Assembly (NCBI RefSeq): GCF_006345805.1 | Contig: NW_021833065.1 | Location: 248,001-312,000 of the forward strand | DNA: 64,000 nt | Source of the DNA: Octopus sinensis | Taxonomy: Eukaryota | Direction of reading: 5' to 3' | In this document: positions 35,966-50,108 of the stretch, in pieces | Layout: every line of letters begins with the position of its first letter | Position numbering within the stretch: the first letter of the stretch is position 1 | Notes under the pieces: model-generated | What the model was told of the DNA's origin: nothing | Databases searched by the model: none | Seen by the model: only the letters and a program-made list of their open reading frames with translations | Translations under genes and position numbers: made by a program

Positions 35966-37999
35966 TGTTGTCATGAAACATCCACTTTTCCATGCTTCAT
36001 GGGTCAGGCAGAATTTGTTTTAGCAGATTTTCTATTGCTGGATGCTCTTCTTGTTGCTAATCCTCATGTTCCTGTGCAAAGTTATATTTCGTGGCCAGAC
36101 ATGGAATCACTTTTAACAGGATTATTCTTCAACAAAGTTACAAAAAATTTCACACAAAATGTCAAATAAAAAGGGGAAAATTATTTCCACTTTTATCACT
36201 AAATAATTATATTCTAAATTAATACTGAAACCATTCTTTCTAGTTTCAAATTATTTTGGTTTCTTGTTAATTATTGAAAAGTGATATGAAATTTTACTCA
36301 GTTTGTGCAAATGTGTAATAACTTAGGTTATATTGTATTTACATTGTACACAATTATATTGTAGATTATTATATTGCAGATAATTATATTATAATGAATT
36401 ATAACTGTAAAAGAACTTGCATTTTATAGTTTGTTACATCTGCTTTAAATTCATTTATTAATGATTTACTAATTATTTATTTTTTTAAATGTTTTATTAG
36501 TTTCCATTTTGGTCATAAAATGTTATATAAATCTGTCTAGAAAAAGGAAGAGCCTCCAGATGTAGAAATAGTTGCACTAACTGTATTTTATTTATATTCA
36601 AGCTGGTAAAGTCCATTCCACTCTTACTAACATAAAAGATTTAGGAATTGAACTTATATGCTAGTTCTCCCTGTTATCAAGATCAGCAGTCACAGCTTTC
36701 TCAAACTAAATGTAAATAATGGTAATGTTGTTCAAAAAATAAAATTTAAAAATTTGGTGAAAGCTGAGTGATTAGATAAATGAATTGCTCTATCTAGATG
36801 CTGCCATATCAACTTAAAGATATAGAATCTTTATAGAGGATGAAAATATTGTTAACAATAAACAATTTTATACTTAAGAAACATTATTTCAAACATATGT
36901 TTTAAATGGGAAGATATTTAATTATATAATTGACTGTTCATATGTAATAGTTTTAGGTAAATAATTTTATTTTCTTGGATTTACTTAAAGGGAAAAATAA
37001 TATGCTAACTGACATACATACATTTTCTCTACAAGAAACAAACACTAAGAGTGACCTGTTTAGAACTAAGTAGATTTTTAAAATGTGGTTTTCATCAGTT
37101 ATCTCTGACCAATATACTCACTTTTTTTTTCTTTCCTAAGTAACTATTTATGTTATTTCCTAGCTGTTAGCAGGCTCTCCCTCTGAATTTACTCAAAGAA
37201 AATAATTGTTTGCTTATTCACTTGCACAAAAAATTGTATTCCCTCACCACATCTCTTCTGGATTCTTTTTTGCTGATTCATAAATGGCTTGAAGTCACCA
37301 AAGTAAATTCTTTGCATTCACTTTAAGTAGTTCACATCTCTAATACAACATAACTTTACAAGTGCTAGAAACTGTCTTCCTACTGTATATAAAATTTACT
37401 TAATATTCAATAGGAAGAAAATTTTATTTTAACATTTTTTTCTTGTGCTTTAAAAACTAACACCAGTAGAATGTATTTGTTTCTTTATTACAACAGCTAG
37501 TAGAATATCAGAGCCTTGGAAACTAAATCATCTCTGATTTGATTGGGTTAACTTAACCTAGTTGTTTTGTTGTGCATCCCCTATATTAATCATATCCAAA
37601 GATGCATAAAAACAGGTATTGATTGATTTTGAATTTTTTTGGTCATTATGCTCTGCACCTGGTTAACCAACCTATTTTTTTGCCTTTTATATTATCCCTC
37701 CACAGAAATGGTTCTCTGCAAATAACTTCCTAAAACTGTAATTATTAATTACAATGCATCAGTGCCCATTGTTAGGTTCATTATCAGTTTTAATCAGTAA
37801 TAGTTGCTGTTTTAGATCTCTGTAACTTTATGAATTTACATGGAAAGGAAAAAATCCCAGATTGCAGCTTGTCAGTATCAGTGGGGAAAACATCTTAATA
37901 TAGTATCAATTTGATTTTTTTTAAACACCATAATTGGGTGGGTGTAAAAAGGAAAGAGGTGTATAATTTCATTTTGTGAAAATAAAGCTACTCTATATA

Positions 38000-38645
38000 C
38001 AGGGGTTGGACAAAATAATGAAAACATCTTAAAATTTCAAACAAATTTATTTTAATAAGGGGTAGGACCACCTTTGGCAGTAATTACAGCTTGAATTCTA
38101 TGAGATATGGATTCATACAAAGTTTGAATCGTTCCCAAAGGAATTTTTGTCCGTTCTTCAGCTAAAACAGTCTCTAGTTCTTGTGATGATGGTGGAGGGT
38201 ATCAACTCCTTACTTGTTTTTCTAAAATGCACCATAAATGTCCAATAATATTGAGATCTAGTAACTGTGGTGGCCAGATAAGATGTTCAACTTCACTAGA
38301 ATGTTCCTCATGTCATTCAGTAACAACTTTAGCTGTGTGAATTGGTGTATTTATCATCCTGAAAGATTGCATTTCCCTCCAGAAACAGTTCCACAACCAT
38401 AGGATGAATTTGTCCGATTAAATATTTGAATAATCTTGACTATTAATTCTGCCATGAAGGGAAACCATTGCACCAGTGGATTTCCAAGATATAGCCCCCC
38501 CCCCCCTTGATCATCACAGATCCTCCTCCATGTTTAACAGTTTGAAGAAGGCAGTCAGAGTCAAGTGCTTCTTTTGGCTATCTCATGTATAGATAGCTGG
38601 TGGTCAGAAATAAGGTGAAGGATGACTCGCCCAAGAAAATACCTT
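38000..38645 (-). mobile_element. Tc1/mariner remnant: right TIR plus decayed DDE transposase
   Basis: TA|CAGGGGTTGGACAAAATAATG terminal repeat. Minus-strand remnants are VFSWASH (from VIFSDES), TVKHGGGSVMI, PIHTAKVVTEW and WPPQLLDLNIIGHLW (from WPPQSPDLNIIEHLW). Confidence 0.85.
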
Positions 38646-38650
38646 TCTAC

Positions 38651-39450
38651 TTTTTCTTATCTGCTTCCCCTCTGGCTAAATAAACCTGTCTCCTAGCTTC
38701 CCTTCTAGCAATCTGATACAATTCCCTGCTACCACCGTTCTTCCAATCCTGTTTCTTTTCTCTAATAGCCCTGTCAACAACATTGTTCCACGACCACGTT
38801 ATTTTGGGTCAAGAGGGAACTTTGCACCATCCACAAATCTGGTCAGTGGCCCTCAGCAGGTTGTCCCATAGAAACCTCCAGTTGTCTTCTACATCGTGTG
38901 AAGCTATATCCCTTTCTATTTCATCAAAGGCTTCGAGTAATATGTCTCTAAATCTCTGTCCATTCGCAGGATCTTTAAGCTTTCAGACCCTTCTCCTCCA
39001 TGCTGGTCGTTTTCTGGGCATCCATTTAGCCCCGATCCTGAAGTCACTAACTACCAGTCTATGTTGTGGGATACATTCTTTGCCTGGGAAGGTTTTGGCA
39101 TTTATAAGCAGCCATCTTTCCCTTTTTCTGGCAAGGATGTAGTCAATTTGGCTAGTATGTCTGCCAGAATGTTAGGTGACTAGGTGACTGGCAGGTTTCC
39201 TGAAGTTAGTATTGTAAACCATAAGATCATTTGCATTGGAGAACTCCAGCAGCCTGGTTCCCTCTTCATTGCGGGAACCAAAACCATAGTCTCCATGTAC
39301 GCCATGGATGACCCCTGTATGTTGTCCAACATGTCCATTGAAGTCACCAGCCACAAAGAGAAGGTCCCTGTCATTTGTCAACGAGGTAGTCTGCAAGAGG
39401 GTGTCATAAAATCGGTCTTTTTGCCCATCAGGTAGCCCCGGCTGAGGGGC
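38651..39450 (-). pseudogene. RTE LINE fragment, APE endonuclease C-terminal half plus linker
   Basis: APQPGLPDGQKDRFYD...FVAGDFNGHVG...RNEEGTRLLEF...NTNFRKP...T*HSGRHTSQIDYIL...PQHRLVVSDF. The downstream part overlaps 26916-27287 of the young copy. At least one in-frame stop. Confidence 0.9.
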
Positions 39451-42078
39451 AGTTTTTTAATAATATAGAATTCACACATGACTTCCCAGTTTTATTTTTG
39501 ATTTCATAATGAAAGATATTTATGCAATCTTGAATTTTGGTTCCATATGAAATAGGTGGATTTCAGTACCTGTATAAGCTAAATCTTTATCATCATTTTT
39601 TTTTGTTGTGTTTGTCTTATAATGTGGACCTCATTGCACCTTTGGCAAGACTTAAGAGTCCATTCTACTCTGATGATCTTTTGGAGTGGTTTACATAGCA
39701 GATAGTAAGACATGTAGACATGGATGTGCATGCATGCACACAAGTGCAGCATCCATTAGTTTTGTAAGCCTGGTCAAATCAAGGCACAACAAGACTGTGT
39801 TTAGGACATTTCCTTTGCAACTACATGGTTTTTTAGTTTCGCTTCCACTGTACTGTAATTGAGGCAACTGTCTTCTACCATATCCCTCTGGTTGACCAAG
39901 GCCTTATGAGTAAAATTTGTTAGATGACAACTGAAGAAGTGCATTGGAGTGACTGTTTCTGTTTTGGGGTGTTAGACCTAATCCACATCACCATTGAGTA
40001 CCTTTAGCGAAGTCCACTGCACTGCAAGCATTCTGGGCAAGTTTCCTCTTACTGGTCTTGAAGGTCTAAAAGGTTATTCATTCAGCTACCCTTCCTCCTC
40101 TGATTAAACCATTAAAAAAATTTGTATGATCGATGCTCATTGTGAAATTTTGCAGAAAATATGTAAGCAGGGAAAGAATTTCAATAGGTTGGAGTTCTTG
40201 TGGGGGAGAATGGAAGAATATTTACTCCAAGAGGTCCGGGAGAGTGAAATGCCGTATATTTGCAAGGAAGGGTAAGTGTTTGTGGTGGACCAGGTTGGAG
40301 AAGTATGTAGCTTTCTGCTTTAGAGGCTGTTTTAGTAATGATAAGAGAGAAAATAACACAGCTGGCAAGTAGTGGTTGTAATGTAGTGGAGTGAGTATTT
40401 TCTAATCAGCTGGATGGCCTAAGGCAGGTTATAGTCTAGGATGTTCGTGCTTGTAGCAGCACTTCATTGTGAGTCATACTTGGAAGCTGTAGCTGTCTAA
40501 TGACTGATTGGAGATTAAATATTTTCTGGCTCTATGCATGCATCTTGTCATCAAAAGACTGTTTACTACAATTTTATGTGGGTGTTATAAGGGTGTAAAG
40601 TGTTTTTTCATCTAAGCACACACACACCTATACTGAGGTAAACTGCAAAAATATAGGGACAATTAGCATATCTGTAACCATGACTAGAAGACTTTTTTTT
40701 TTTTTGTTATCATTGTTTCCAGTTTCAAACCGATTTGTTCACATCTTATTTCAAGAATTTTGCCTGTTATCACTTAAACTTCTCAGTTGATAAAAACATA
40801 TACCTTTCAACAGCATACTTTAGAGAATTAGTTATGGATCTCATCTGTCCATTCCAAACATAAGAAGTATTAAAGAATTAGGGAGAATTAGCAGAATTAC
40901 TAACATGCTCAACATTTGAAAACTATGGTCAGCTTTAAAAAAATCTTTATTATTCAATCTACTTTCTATTTTGTACAATTATTTCAAAGATAACTTAGTT
41001 TTGATTTCAAGTGGGTATTTCAGTACGTCATGAAAAACAAATATCTCTCTTCTAAATAATTATAGAGGGGAAATATTAACTGGTGATAAAAATAAGAAAT
41101 AATATTGTACTAAGTGGCTACATATATTAGTTAGTGGTTGGTTTTTGTTTCATGGTACCATGAGGAACAGCTGCATGTACTTATATCATTCATAACTTCT
41201 GGCATATCCTCTACGTGTTACTAGTGTAGACAGAAATTGACCAGCTTTACTGTTTTTTAAACTAAAAAGCATAAAAATAAAAGTTTCTTCCTGAGCACCA
41301 TTATGCATAAGTGAATGAATGATAGACATTGATACCTATAATAGTGAAACATTTTTCTTCTTCTTTACATGTAATCATTCTGAAAGAATTTTGAAATTAG
41401 AAACATAAATCATATGATTGCTACCAGAGTACTGCAATTTTTAGTTTTGTTAGAACCATCAACTCCTGTATAGTTTATATGGAAGAGTGTCCCGTCTGAT
41501 TGATAATTTAGAATTTCAGGCTGGAATTCTAAGAACTGATAATGGTGTAAGGTTGCCATTAAGTGAATGCCAAACATGATAGCAAGTGCCACACTTCATT
41601 CACAATATAAAAACTTATTTAATGTCAATGCAAATAAGTTTATTTGGGTTTGAGCTTCCAAAAAGTGTACATCACTCAATATATTTCTTTCTTTCTTTTT
41701 TCTTTTTGCTAATCTTTGTAAATTACCAATTTTATGTACACTGACAGGATATATACCATAGCAAATGTGTATTTAATAGAAAGATTAGTTGTTTTATCAG
41801 GGTTGTAGTTATTGGTCAAGTTGTCTTAACTGTAGGAATTTTGAAAATTTCTTTTAATTACTTAAAATAATTTCCAGTGTGTATTTTATATTTTGTGTAA
41901 TGCAGTAGGAGGTGATCAAACCACAAATAGGGAAAGGTAGTAGAAGAATTAAAATGAGGGCCTTTTTATCACTTTCCCTTACTTACCTGTTACTTAAATG
42001 TAGCTTAACTTGTATTTTGTTGGTTGTTTAAATACCTATCTATCTATCATTCTATCTACTTTTCTCACATCACTGCCA

Positions 42079-42120
<42 letters not shown>

Positions 42121-43327
42121 TCTAGCTAGCTAGTTAGATAGTGATAGATCACTTTTGTTCACATGCATATATGCACATGCACTGAAGTGCATGTATCTCT
42201 AGCTAAGATGCCATTTGCATAAGTGATATTGCTTGTGCATACAAGTGTGTATGCATGCATGCTTGGAAACAAATGAAGGTTGACGTCAAGAAGAGCATCC
42301 AGCCATAAAAATTTCTGCCTCAACAAATCTTATCTGATTCATGCAAGCATGGGTATGATGATAACATACACACAACACACCCATCAATCACATCTACATA
42401 AATTTATGAAAAATTTTACTTTCCCAAAAAAAAGAAAGACTATTTTTTCATGAAATTGTGTTAGCATGCATACTGGAAGGAATGGAATATAAACATTTGA
42501 AAAAAAAATATTCAAAGCTATGAATACCACAGTATGTAAATATCAGTATTTAAAAATAAACTTAATATTTTGTATTTTAACTATATTTCATTATCGGTTT
42601 CAGTACATTTATGTATGACATACATATTAACAGTGTGAGTACTCTGGTGCAAATAGTAAAGAAGCAAAATATATGATGTAATCATATTAATATTTGAATA
42701 TTCAGTATGATGTCATATTGGTGAGAATTTAAGCAATACATTTAGCTTGGGTGAAACTAGGAAGAATTCTGAATTGCAAGTATGCTTACATGAAGCAAAC
42801 TGAAATACATTGAAAATATGTAACCAAAAGGGTAGAGGAGTGTGAGAGGCTGGACTTTCTATAGACCATCAACAAAAGGCAATAGATGATCAAACAGGAT
42901 CATATGATCTGTGCCAGTTGAACATGAAAATGATGATGTAAAGTCTATTTAATTTCTTAGCTGTTATGGTGGAAAATAACTTTGATCTAAATAATTATTA
43001 CATGAGAAATGTTAAGGCATTTAATTAACTTTCATTTTTTTTATTTAAAATTAGGCTGTGGATATGTATTCTTTATTCTCATATGTCTTTAAAACGATAA
43101 TAATAATGATTAACAAGAATAACATTCAGGTCAAGGTTATGATTTCTAGACAAATGCCAATATATTATTACAGAGGGAATTATATATCCCAAGGACCACT
43201 TTAATCATCTCAATGATCCCATTCCTCTTCTCTTTTCCATTCTCACCAAACTCACCTCCTTTTTAAGCTTGCCACTTTCTCTTTGCCCAACTAGCTCTCT
43301 CAATCCTCATCCCTTTTCTCCCAGTCA

Positions 43328-43360
<33 letters not shown>

Positions 43361-46300
43361 AGTCTCTTCTTGAATCTCTCTTTTTTCCTATCCTTCCTCT
43401 TCACCCCACCATCATTTCTTATAACCATTTACTTTCAAGTCTCTCTCTCTCTCAGCACTTTTTTCTCTCCTCGTCAAATTTAATGTTTTATTATAATTTC
43501 CTTAGGAAGGGTAAAATTAATTAAAGAAGAAAAAATGTCTTTTTCAACAAACAAATTTTTCTTAAACATTGTCCCAGAAATACTAAAAACAAAAAGCAAT
43601 GAATTCATTTGGAATCAACCTTGGCTCAATGTTTAGTTTACATAGTAAGATTATTTTTAAAACTGTAGACACTGTTTGCTGTTGTTAATGGTAGCTTAAA
43701 CTGAAGCAGGCAGGGTAAAATGTAGTAGGATTGACATGAGAGGTGAGGGCATAAGAGGAAATGACTAAGAAAGGATATGGGCAGCTGGAAAAGGCTTGTG
43801 TTTTGGGCCAAGATTGAAAAAGAATTTGTGTGTGTGCACAGCCATGATAATAGTCATATGTATCAAATGTACAATATCCAAGTTTGCTGGACGTGTTTGT
43901 CATAAAATAATCTGATTAATAAAAGACAAAAATAGCATTTTTTCTATTGCATTTGGTATTTATTAAATTTTTTTTTTTTTTACAAGAGGAACTGTTAGTC
44001 TAATATGAGACTTGTCTGTATAGTAGGACAGTTCTACTGAACAATAAATATTAGTTTCATCCCTACCAGTTTGAATGAACTACTCTGATGAACAACATCT
44101 AAATAATAAAGCACTATAAAAATATAAGCAGTTGATTTCATGAATTAAAAGAAATATATATTCTTAATTTGAAAATTTTCAGAGCAAAGAATTTTATGAC
44201 ACAAGGCTTAAACAATTATTTAAATGAATATAGGTTAATTAATTGCATTAAATAATGGATGAGCTGTTTTGATGAATTAAATATGGTTTTATTTTGTTTT
44301 TGTTCTTTTTCCCTTTTTTGTGGTGATGGCTATCTATCTGACTTTAATTATTGCATCAAAATATATGACATCAATTTATTGGGTGTTTTGAAAATATTCT
44401 GTGGAACAGCATTTTGAATGTCATACAAACTTCCTACAATATCTTGTAATTCAGACCCCATTCTTGTACCATATGGTTGTTGGGGAAGTTTTGTAATCCT
44501 GGCTTTGTGTATGCAAGCCTCTTCCTTCACCCTTTGGATTTCTTGATACACATACTTTTTAAGATCTGTTTCCATTTCTCCAAACAGACACAATTGTGAA
44601 TTTGTGATGCACAACTAAGGATTAATCTCTTTTCAAGTCATTCTAAAATACATTTATGAGATTCACTAATTCAGAGTTTTGTGGGGGGTTTCTTAATCTC
44701 TAGAAATTTTTAAGGCATGCTGCAGATTGTAGAAATGTTGTTTCCTAGTAATAAATATTTGTGCATCACTTTGTTTTCATTTAAAAGAAAGATGGTGGGA
44801 TTTTATAGATAATATTTTCATCTTTGACTGAAATATGGGTTTGAGCAGTTATAAAGCTGTGTCTAAGTGTGGTGAAAAGACTATAATATTTCATCTACTT
44901 ATGAGGTTGTGCATATATATTATTATTATTATGAGATGAGAAAGATCTTTGCAGTATTCTGCTTAAAAAGGGTTACAGATTCCGGGATTCTATACATGTT
45001 GCTTCTGTACCTTACATAGGCCTAGTGTCATTAACAATAACAGCTCATCAGCCAGCATTTTGTGTTGTTTTTAAGGCAGTGTTTACTATTCAACAGAGTA
45101 CAAGTGGGCAGGGCTGAATGATATCAAAAGGTTTGCTACTGTCAGTAATAGTTAGAATAGGAAGTCTCTCAGCCTGCTAGAATTTAGCTACCAAATCTTC
45201 TCAAACCACCCCCTACTGCTCTTCAAGATAGAAAAAATATGGTGAAAAAAAATCTGTGTTAGTAATAAGTGGATGGTACTGGTAATTTCAGCTCCTTATT
45301 AATTTTTAAGGATTTCATAAAGTACGATTTTAAAAATGAATAATAATTAACAATTAAGAAATGAATCATCTGTGTACAATTTTGATAAAATTTTTGGTGA
45401 AAAGCTGTCTAAACTGTGGAATATGTTTGAAGTAAACTAAGACATAAATGTGGCTAAAGTGTGTCACAGTGTTGGGAAAAGCATTTTACAATGTGTAGCT
45501 TATAGCGCTGGCCTTCAACAAACAGCCATTGTTATTAGTAATTACTCCATTTTCATAAGATACACATGATAACTTTAAGTTACACTGTTGTGGCCTCACC
45601 CTAAATATATTACACTTGTAATTTTATCTTTTCCTTCCTGACAAAAATTTTAATAATCAACTTAGCTTTTTTGCTATTAGTATTGCTGGAGTAGTTTGTG
45701 ATAAATTCTGTTTTTCTTTACTAATACACTTGGGAAAGATATCCATGTGACAGCTTAACATTTTTACTCATCCTAAGATTTGAAATGTCATTCCAATGTT
45801 ATAAATAATACTTATTAATTCCTTTTTAATTTTGCTCCATATTTTCAACTTTTCACAATGTTCAACTTTCTCAGAATATTTATTCTATTCAAAAATGAAT
45901 TTTTCTATTTTGGTATAATGTCAGCAAATGATCCCCTTTTAATGGTATTTAAGTGGAGAAATGGCACTCAGTTACCTCTAGTAGCAGCATTTTACAAAAG
46001 CTTTGCATTCTTCACATTGCAATCCTGTATAATATTCATCTAATCTGTTTTGGAGTGGCTGCTGATTTTTTCTTTATTGATCTGTATATGTTTGTGTGTT
46101 ATACATGCACACACAAGCATACTTATGTACTAAAAATAAAGCCAATGTTTGATAGTAGCATAAAGAATTTATAATCAAATTTTTTTAATTATGTTATATT
46201 CCATCATTGAAGAAATTTATATTATGCAATAGAAAAGTCTGTTGTCTAAATGAGTAAAATATGGCACATGTACTCACAAATGCATTTTCAATTATGTTTA

Positions 46301-46617
46301 CAATACTACTGTAGCTGTTCAACCTTCTGAACTGAAAATAATATATTACTCTTGTTCTGACATACATCAAAAAAAAAAAAAACATTTGTTATAATAATTT
46401 GTACAAAAATCATTAAATTCACCAAAGTTTCAGTAACTTTCTATCTGTCAGTAATAATTTAAGTGTAAGTAAAGTTATAGAATGTACTATAGGCCACTGA
46501 GGAACTACTCAACACTTTCATCTTTATAGTGTCTAATCCTCTCTAAGCTTTACAAATACCCAGAATCTAGTTTCATATTGACATCGTCCAAATAAAATAT
46601 TTTAAGTTCTATAAAAT

Positions 46618-46750
46618 CATCATCATATAATATCTGTGTTCCATGCTAGCATAAATTAGATGTTTGACAGGAATGAATGGGTCCATGGAACACATGCTTT
46701 TGTACTTGTTTGGCATGATTTCTACAGCTAGATGCCTTTCCTAATGCCAA
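46618..46750 (-). mobile_element. RTE-type 3' tail remnant
   Basis: catcatcat...ttccatgctagcat...tttctacagctagatgcctttcctaatgccaa. Confidence 0.6.
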
Positions 46751-47045
46751 AAATATAAAAACATATATAAAATCTTAAATTAAAAAGAAATTACTAATTA
46801 AGATTAAGAATATTTATTTCTGCAGTACAGTACTTCTGCTGGTTTGAGGAATTACTTACTGTTGACAGGACAAGTTGGTTAACTGATGCCATTATTTCAA
46901 CTGCAACTGTTATAGATAATACTTTCATCCATGATTGCAACTTTATATATACTCCATTGAAATACCTGGGCTTTTTTATCAGTATTTTTATAAACTAAAC
47001 TTTGCTTTCAGAAGATCATATTTTTCATTTTTTTTTTCTTTACAG

Positions 47046-47146
47046 GTTGACACAACTCAAGTACTCCTTAAAGAAAATGGTGTTTCATTGCGTTTAACTG
47101 TTGTTGACACACCAGGTTTTGGAGATGCCGTTGACAACAGCAATTG
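47046..47146 (+). CDS. SEPT7: Septin-7 coding exon (G3, DTPG)
   Basis: ttttttttttctttacag|[33 protein letters not shown]+TG|gtatga; 101 nt. Confidence 0.96.
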
Positions 47147-47784
47147 GTATGAATCTATTCCATTTTGTATTTGAAAAACTTTGAATATTTTGGCAAGACT
47201 CTATGAAACATGTGTAAGAAGTGTGATACAGCAGTTGAGATAGGATCATTGACTAGAGAGGATTTGGAGATTAATGATGTAATCATGACCTGTTAGATAT
47301 GTGATGCTAGCTTACATAAAAGGTGAAGCACAAATAACCTTAAAGAATAAATAAACATATAATGCAAATGCACACAGAACTTGTGCTCTTGGTAGAAAGT
47401 ACCATTGGAAAAGGGAAATATAGGAAGGAGTAGTGTGGTCAGATCTCAAGATGCTGGTCTTCATAAAAGTTTGAGTTAAGTGGAGATATGCTATATAGCG
47501 AAACTTTCCATAGTTCATGACAATGAAAAAATAGACTTTAGAATGTTATTGACGACAATGTATCCATGCTATTGTATCATAAGAAAAATAACTTTAGTAA
47601 TTCTAACTTTTGTTGCAATACTCCCAGTGAAATGCTCTGTTTCAATTAATTTTATACGACAATATTTCCATTGACAAACTCTGTTTCACGAATTTTATGA
47701 GATTTAGTAAAATGCATCATGTTTTCAGAATTAAGCTGGTGTTTGGAAAGTGGCTAACAAATTGAAAAATAATTGATTTCAAAT

Positions 47785-47970
47785 TTTGGTGCAGAGCCAG
47801 CGGTTTTTGTGGGAGGGAAAAAGTTCATTACATCAACCCCTGTACTTGACTGGTATTTATTTTATTAATCCTGGAAGGATGAAATGCAAGGTTGACCTTG
47901 GCAAAATTTGAACTCAGGATATACACTAAGCATTTTGTCTGGCATGCTAACAATTTTGCCAGTTTGCCAT
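47785..47970 (-). mobile_element. SINE (third family), antisense
   Basis: Reverse complement of the domain at 33085-33345 (ctggtatttattttatt...gaaatgcaaggttgacc...aatttgaactcag). Confidence 0.6.
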
Positions 47971-48205
47971 CTGAATAAATGAAAATGGTTCTAAGAAAGA
48001 AAGAGTTTAATGTGGGTTTTTAATTCTCTTTCCACTTGAATTGCTAACACTAAAAAGTGTGTATTGCACAACACAATCTTATTTCCCTGCTTTCCAAATC
48101 TATGTAACAGGTTATTATAGAAAGCTTTAGTTTAGTTTCTAGTTTTGTCTTTTTACATTTTTTAATACAAATTTTTTTTTTTTTTTTTTTCAAATTCTTC
48201 AAAAG

Positions 48206-48340
48206 TTGGCAGCCTGTAATTGATTTCATTGACACTAAATATGAGGAATATCTCAACTCAGAATCCAGGGTTAACCGAACCATTATGCCTGACAACAGAG
48301 TCCATTGTTGCTTATATTTCATTGCTCCCACAGGTCATGG
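48206..48340 (+). CDS. SEPT7: Septin-7 coding exon
   Basis: poly-T...caaaag|T TGG... gives (C)[44 protein letters not shown]+GG|gtgagt; 135 nt. Confidence 0.96.
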
Positions 48341-48456
48341 GTGAGTAATAATTTCAACAGTTTAAATTGATAATATATAACATAACATTACTAAATATTT
48401 GTCACAAAGAAGAAAGCTCATCTGTAATAAGATAATTGTTTCTCTAACTCCTTCAG

Positions 48457-48574
48457 ACTGAAACCACTTGATGTTGAATTCATGAAACGTCTTCATGATA
48501 AAGTAAATATTATTCCACTCGTTGCCAAAGCTGACACACTGACACCAGATGAATGCAGAGATTTCAAGAAAACT
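48457..48574 (+). CDS. SEPT7: Septin-7 coding exon (G4, AKAD)
   Basis: ccttcag|A CTG... gives (G)[39 protein letters not shown]|gtaagt; 118 nt. Confidence 0.96.
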
Positions 48575-49720
48575 GTAAGTTTTTTGCATTTATTACTATT
48601 TTCCATGCTGATATGGGTTGGATGAAAGTGTTTTATAACTGGATATGATGTATCTATTCTAAAACTCCAGAAAACACCTGTATAACAATAAAAAAAACCT
48701 AAATTTGATTTTACTATGTTGTTGGACAATATTATGTGGAGCTATGTATATTTGTAATTCATTATAAATATTGAAATACTTTAGAAATAAATAGCCTCTT
48801 CATATCTGTTGAAATTATTCTAGATTTCCACACTCTGAATTCAAATCCTGCTGAGATCAGTTTTGCCTTTCATCCTTCCGGGGTTAAATAAAATACCATT
48901 CCAGAGTTACAGATTGTCAGATTCATTAGAATGTTGAGTGGGATGCTTTGAAGTATCTATTTCAGTTCAGCATGCTCTAAGTTCAAAATCCTGCTTAGAC
49001 CACTATTATAATGAAGTAACCTCTTCCAAGTCAAGTAGACTAATAAAAAGAGCAAAAGGCACCAAACTCTATAGTTTTTGTCCTTATCAAATAGGAGCAA
49101 TCTAAGTGTGCAAAGTGCTCATTAACTATGATGATTTTAGTATTAAAATGTTATCTTAAAAGTGATAATTTGAATATTTTATATAATGCTAAGCTGAATG
49201 TTAACTCTTAAAACCCTATAGTGCTTTCTGTCTCTAAATCTCCCAATCTTAGAAATTAGAGATTTTGATGAAATGCAATTAGTTCAGTTTAAAAATCATA
49301 AAAATATGACAATGGCATGAATTTGGATGACTTTACTGATACAATATAACAACCATTAATTAGTGTGCATTGTAAATGTGGTTTTTACTTAGTCATGTCA
49401 CTGTCACCTGCCAGGATAGGTTGAATACAGTTAAGTTGATCACACATAGGTGTTTTCACATATAGTTACAAGATATTGATATCCTGGGCATTGGTTTCCT
49501 GTTATAGAGCTGAAATTGTGTTCCAGCTAGTCTTTGTAACTTTGAAGCTACACATTCAAAAAAGGGTTCCATTCAAAAAGGATTCCAAGCTATGTCTTCA
49601 TTTCCTCCATTCAGTGATGTTGTAAGGCTCAACAAATGAATGTTGTTCACTTTTATTACAATAATTATGTTCTCTTCATAAGTACAGAAGCTGCACATTT
49701 AAAATATATCAGTACTCTCT

Positions 49721-50108
49721 CTTTTACTCTTTTACTTGTTTCAGTCATTTGACTGCGGTCATGCTGGAGCATCGCCTTTAGTCGAGCAACTCGACCCCGG
49801 GACTTATTCTTTGTAAGCCCAGTACTTATTCTATCGGTCTCTTTTGCCGAACTGCTAAGTGACAGGGACATAAACACACCAGCATCGGTTGTCAAGCAAT
49901 GCTAGGGGGACAAACATACATGCACACACACATATATATATATACATATATACGATGGGCTTCTTTCAGTTTCTGTCTACCAAATCCACTCACAAGGCTT
50001 TGGTCGGCCCGAGGCTATAGTAGAAGACATTTGCCCAAGGTGCCACGCAGTGGGACTGAACCCGGAACCATGTGGTTGGTAAACAAGCTACTTACCACAC
50101 AGCCACTC
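49721..50108 (-). mobile_element. Young full-length tRNA-derived SINE (OK-like)
   Basis: On the minus strand: A box tggctgtgtggtaag, B box gggttcagtccc, internal CA/TA microsatellite, and tail gactgaaacaagtaaaagagtaaa. CpGs are retained. Confidence 0.88.

Noticed and set aside
39061-39075. PQH in place of the APE SDH motif as a novelty
   Set aside because: The copy is a pseudogene, and QH variants are, as I recall, common in RTE endonucleases.
42120-42360. Cluster of TGCATG/RBFOX-like motifs and a small 8-bp hairpin
   Set aside because: It sits in decayed CA/TG microsatellite sequence, far from any exon.
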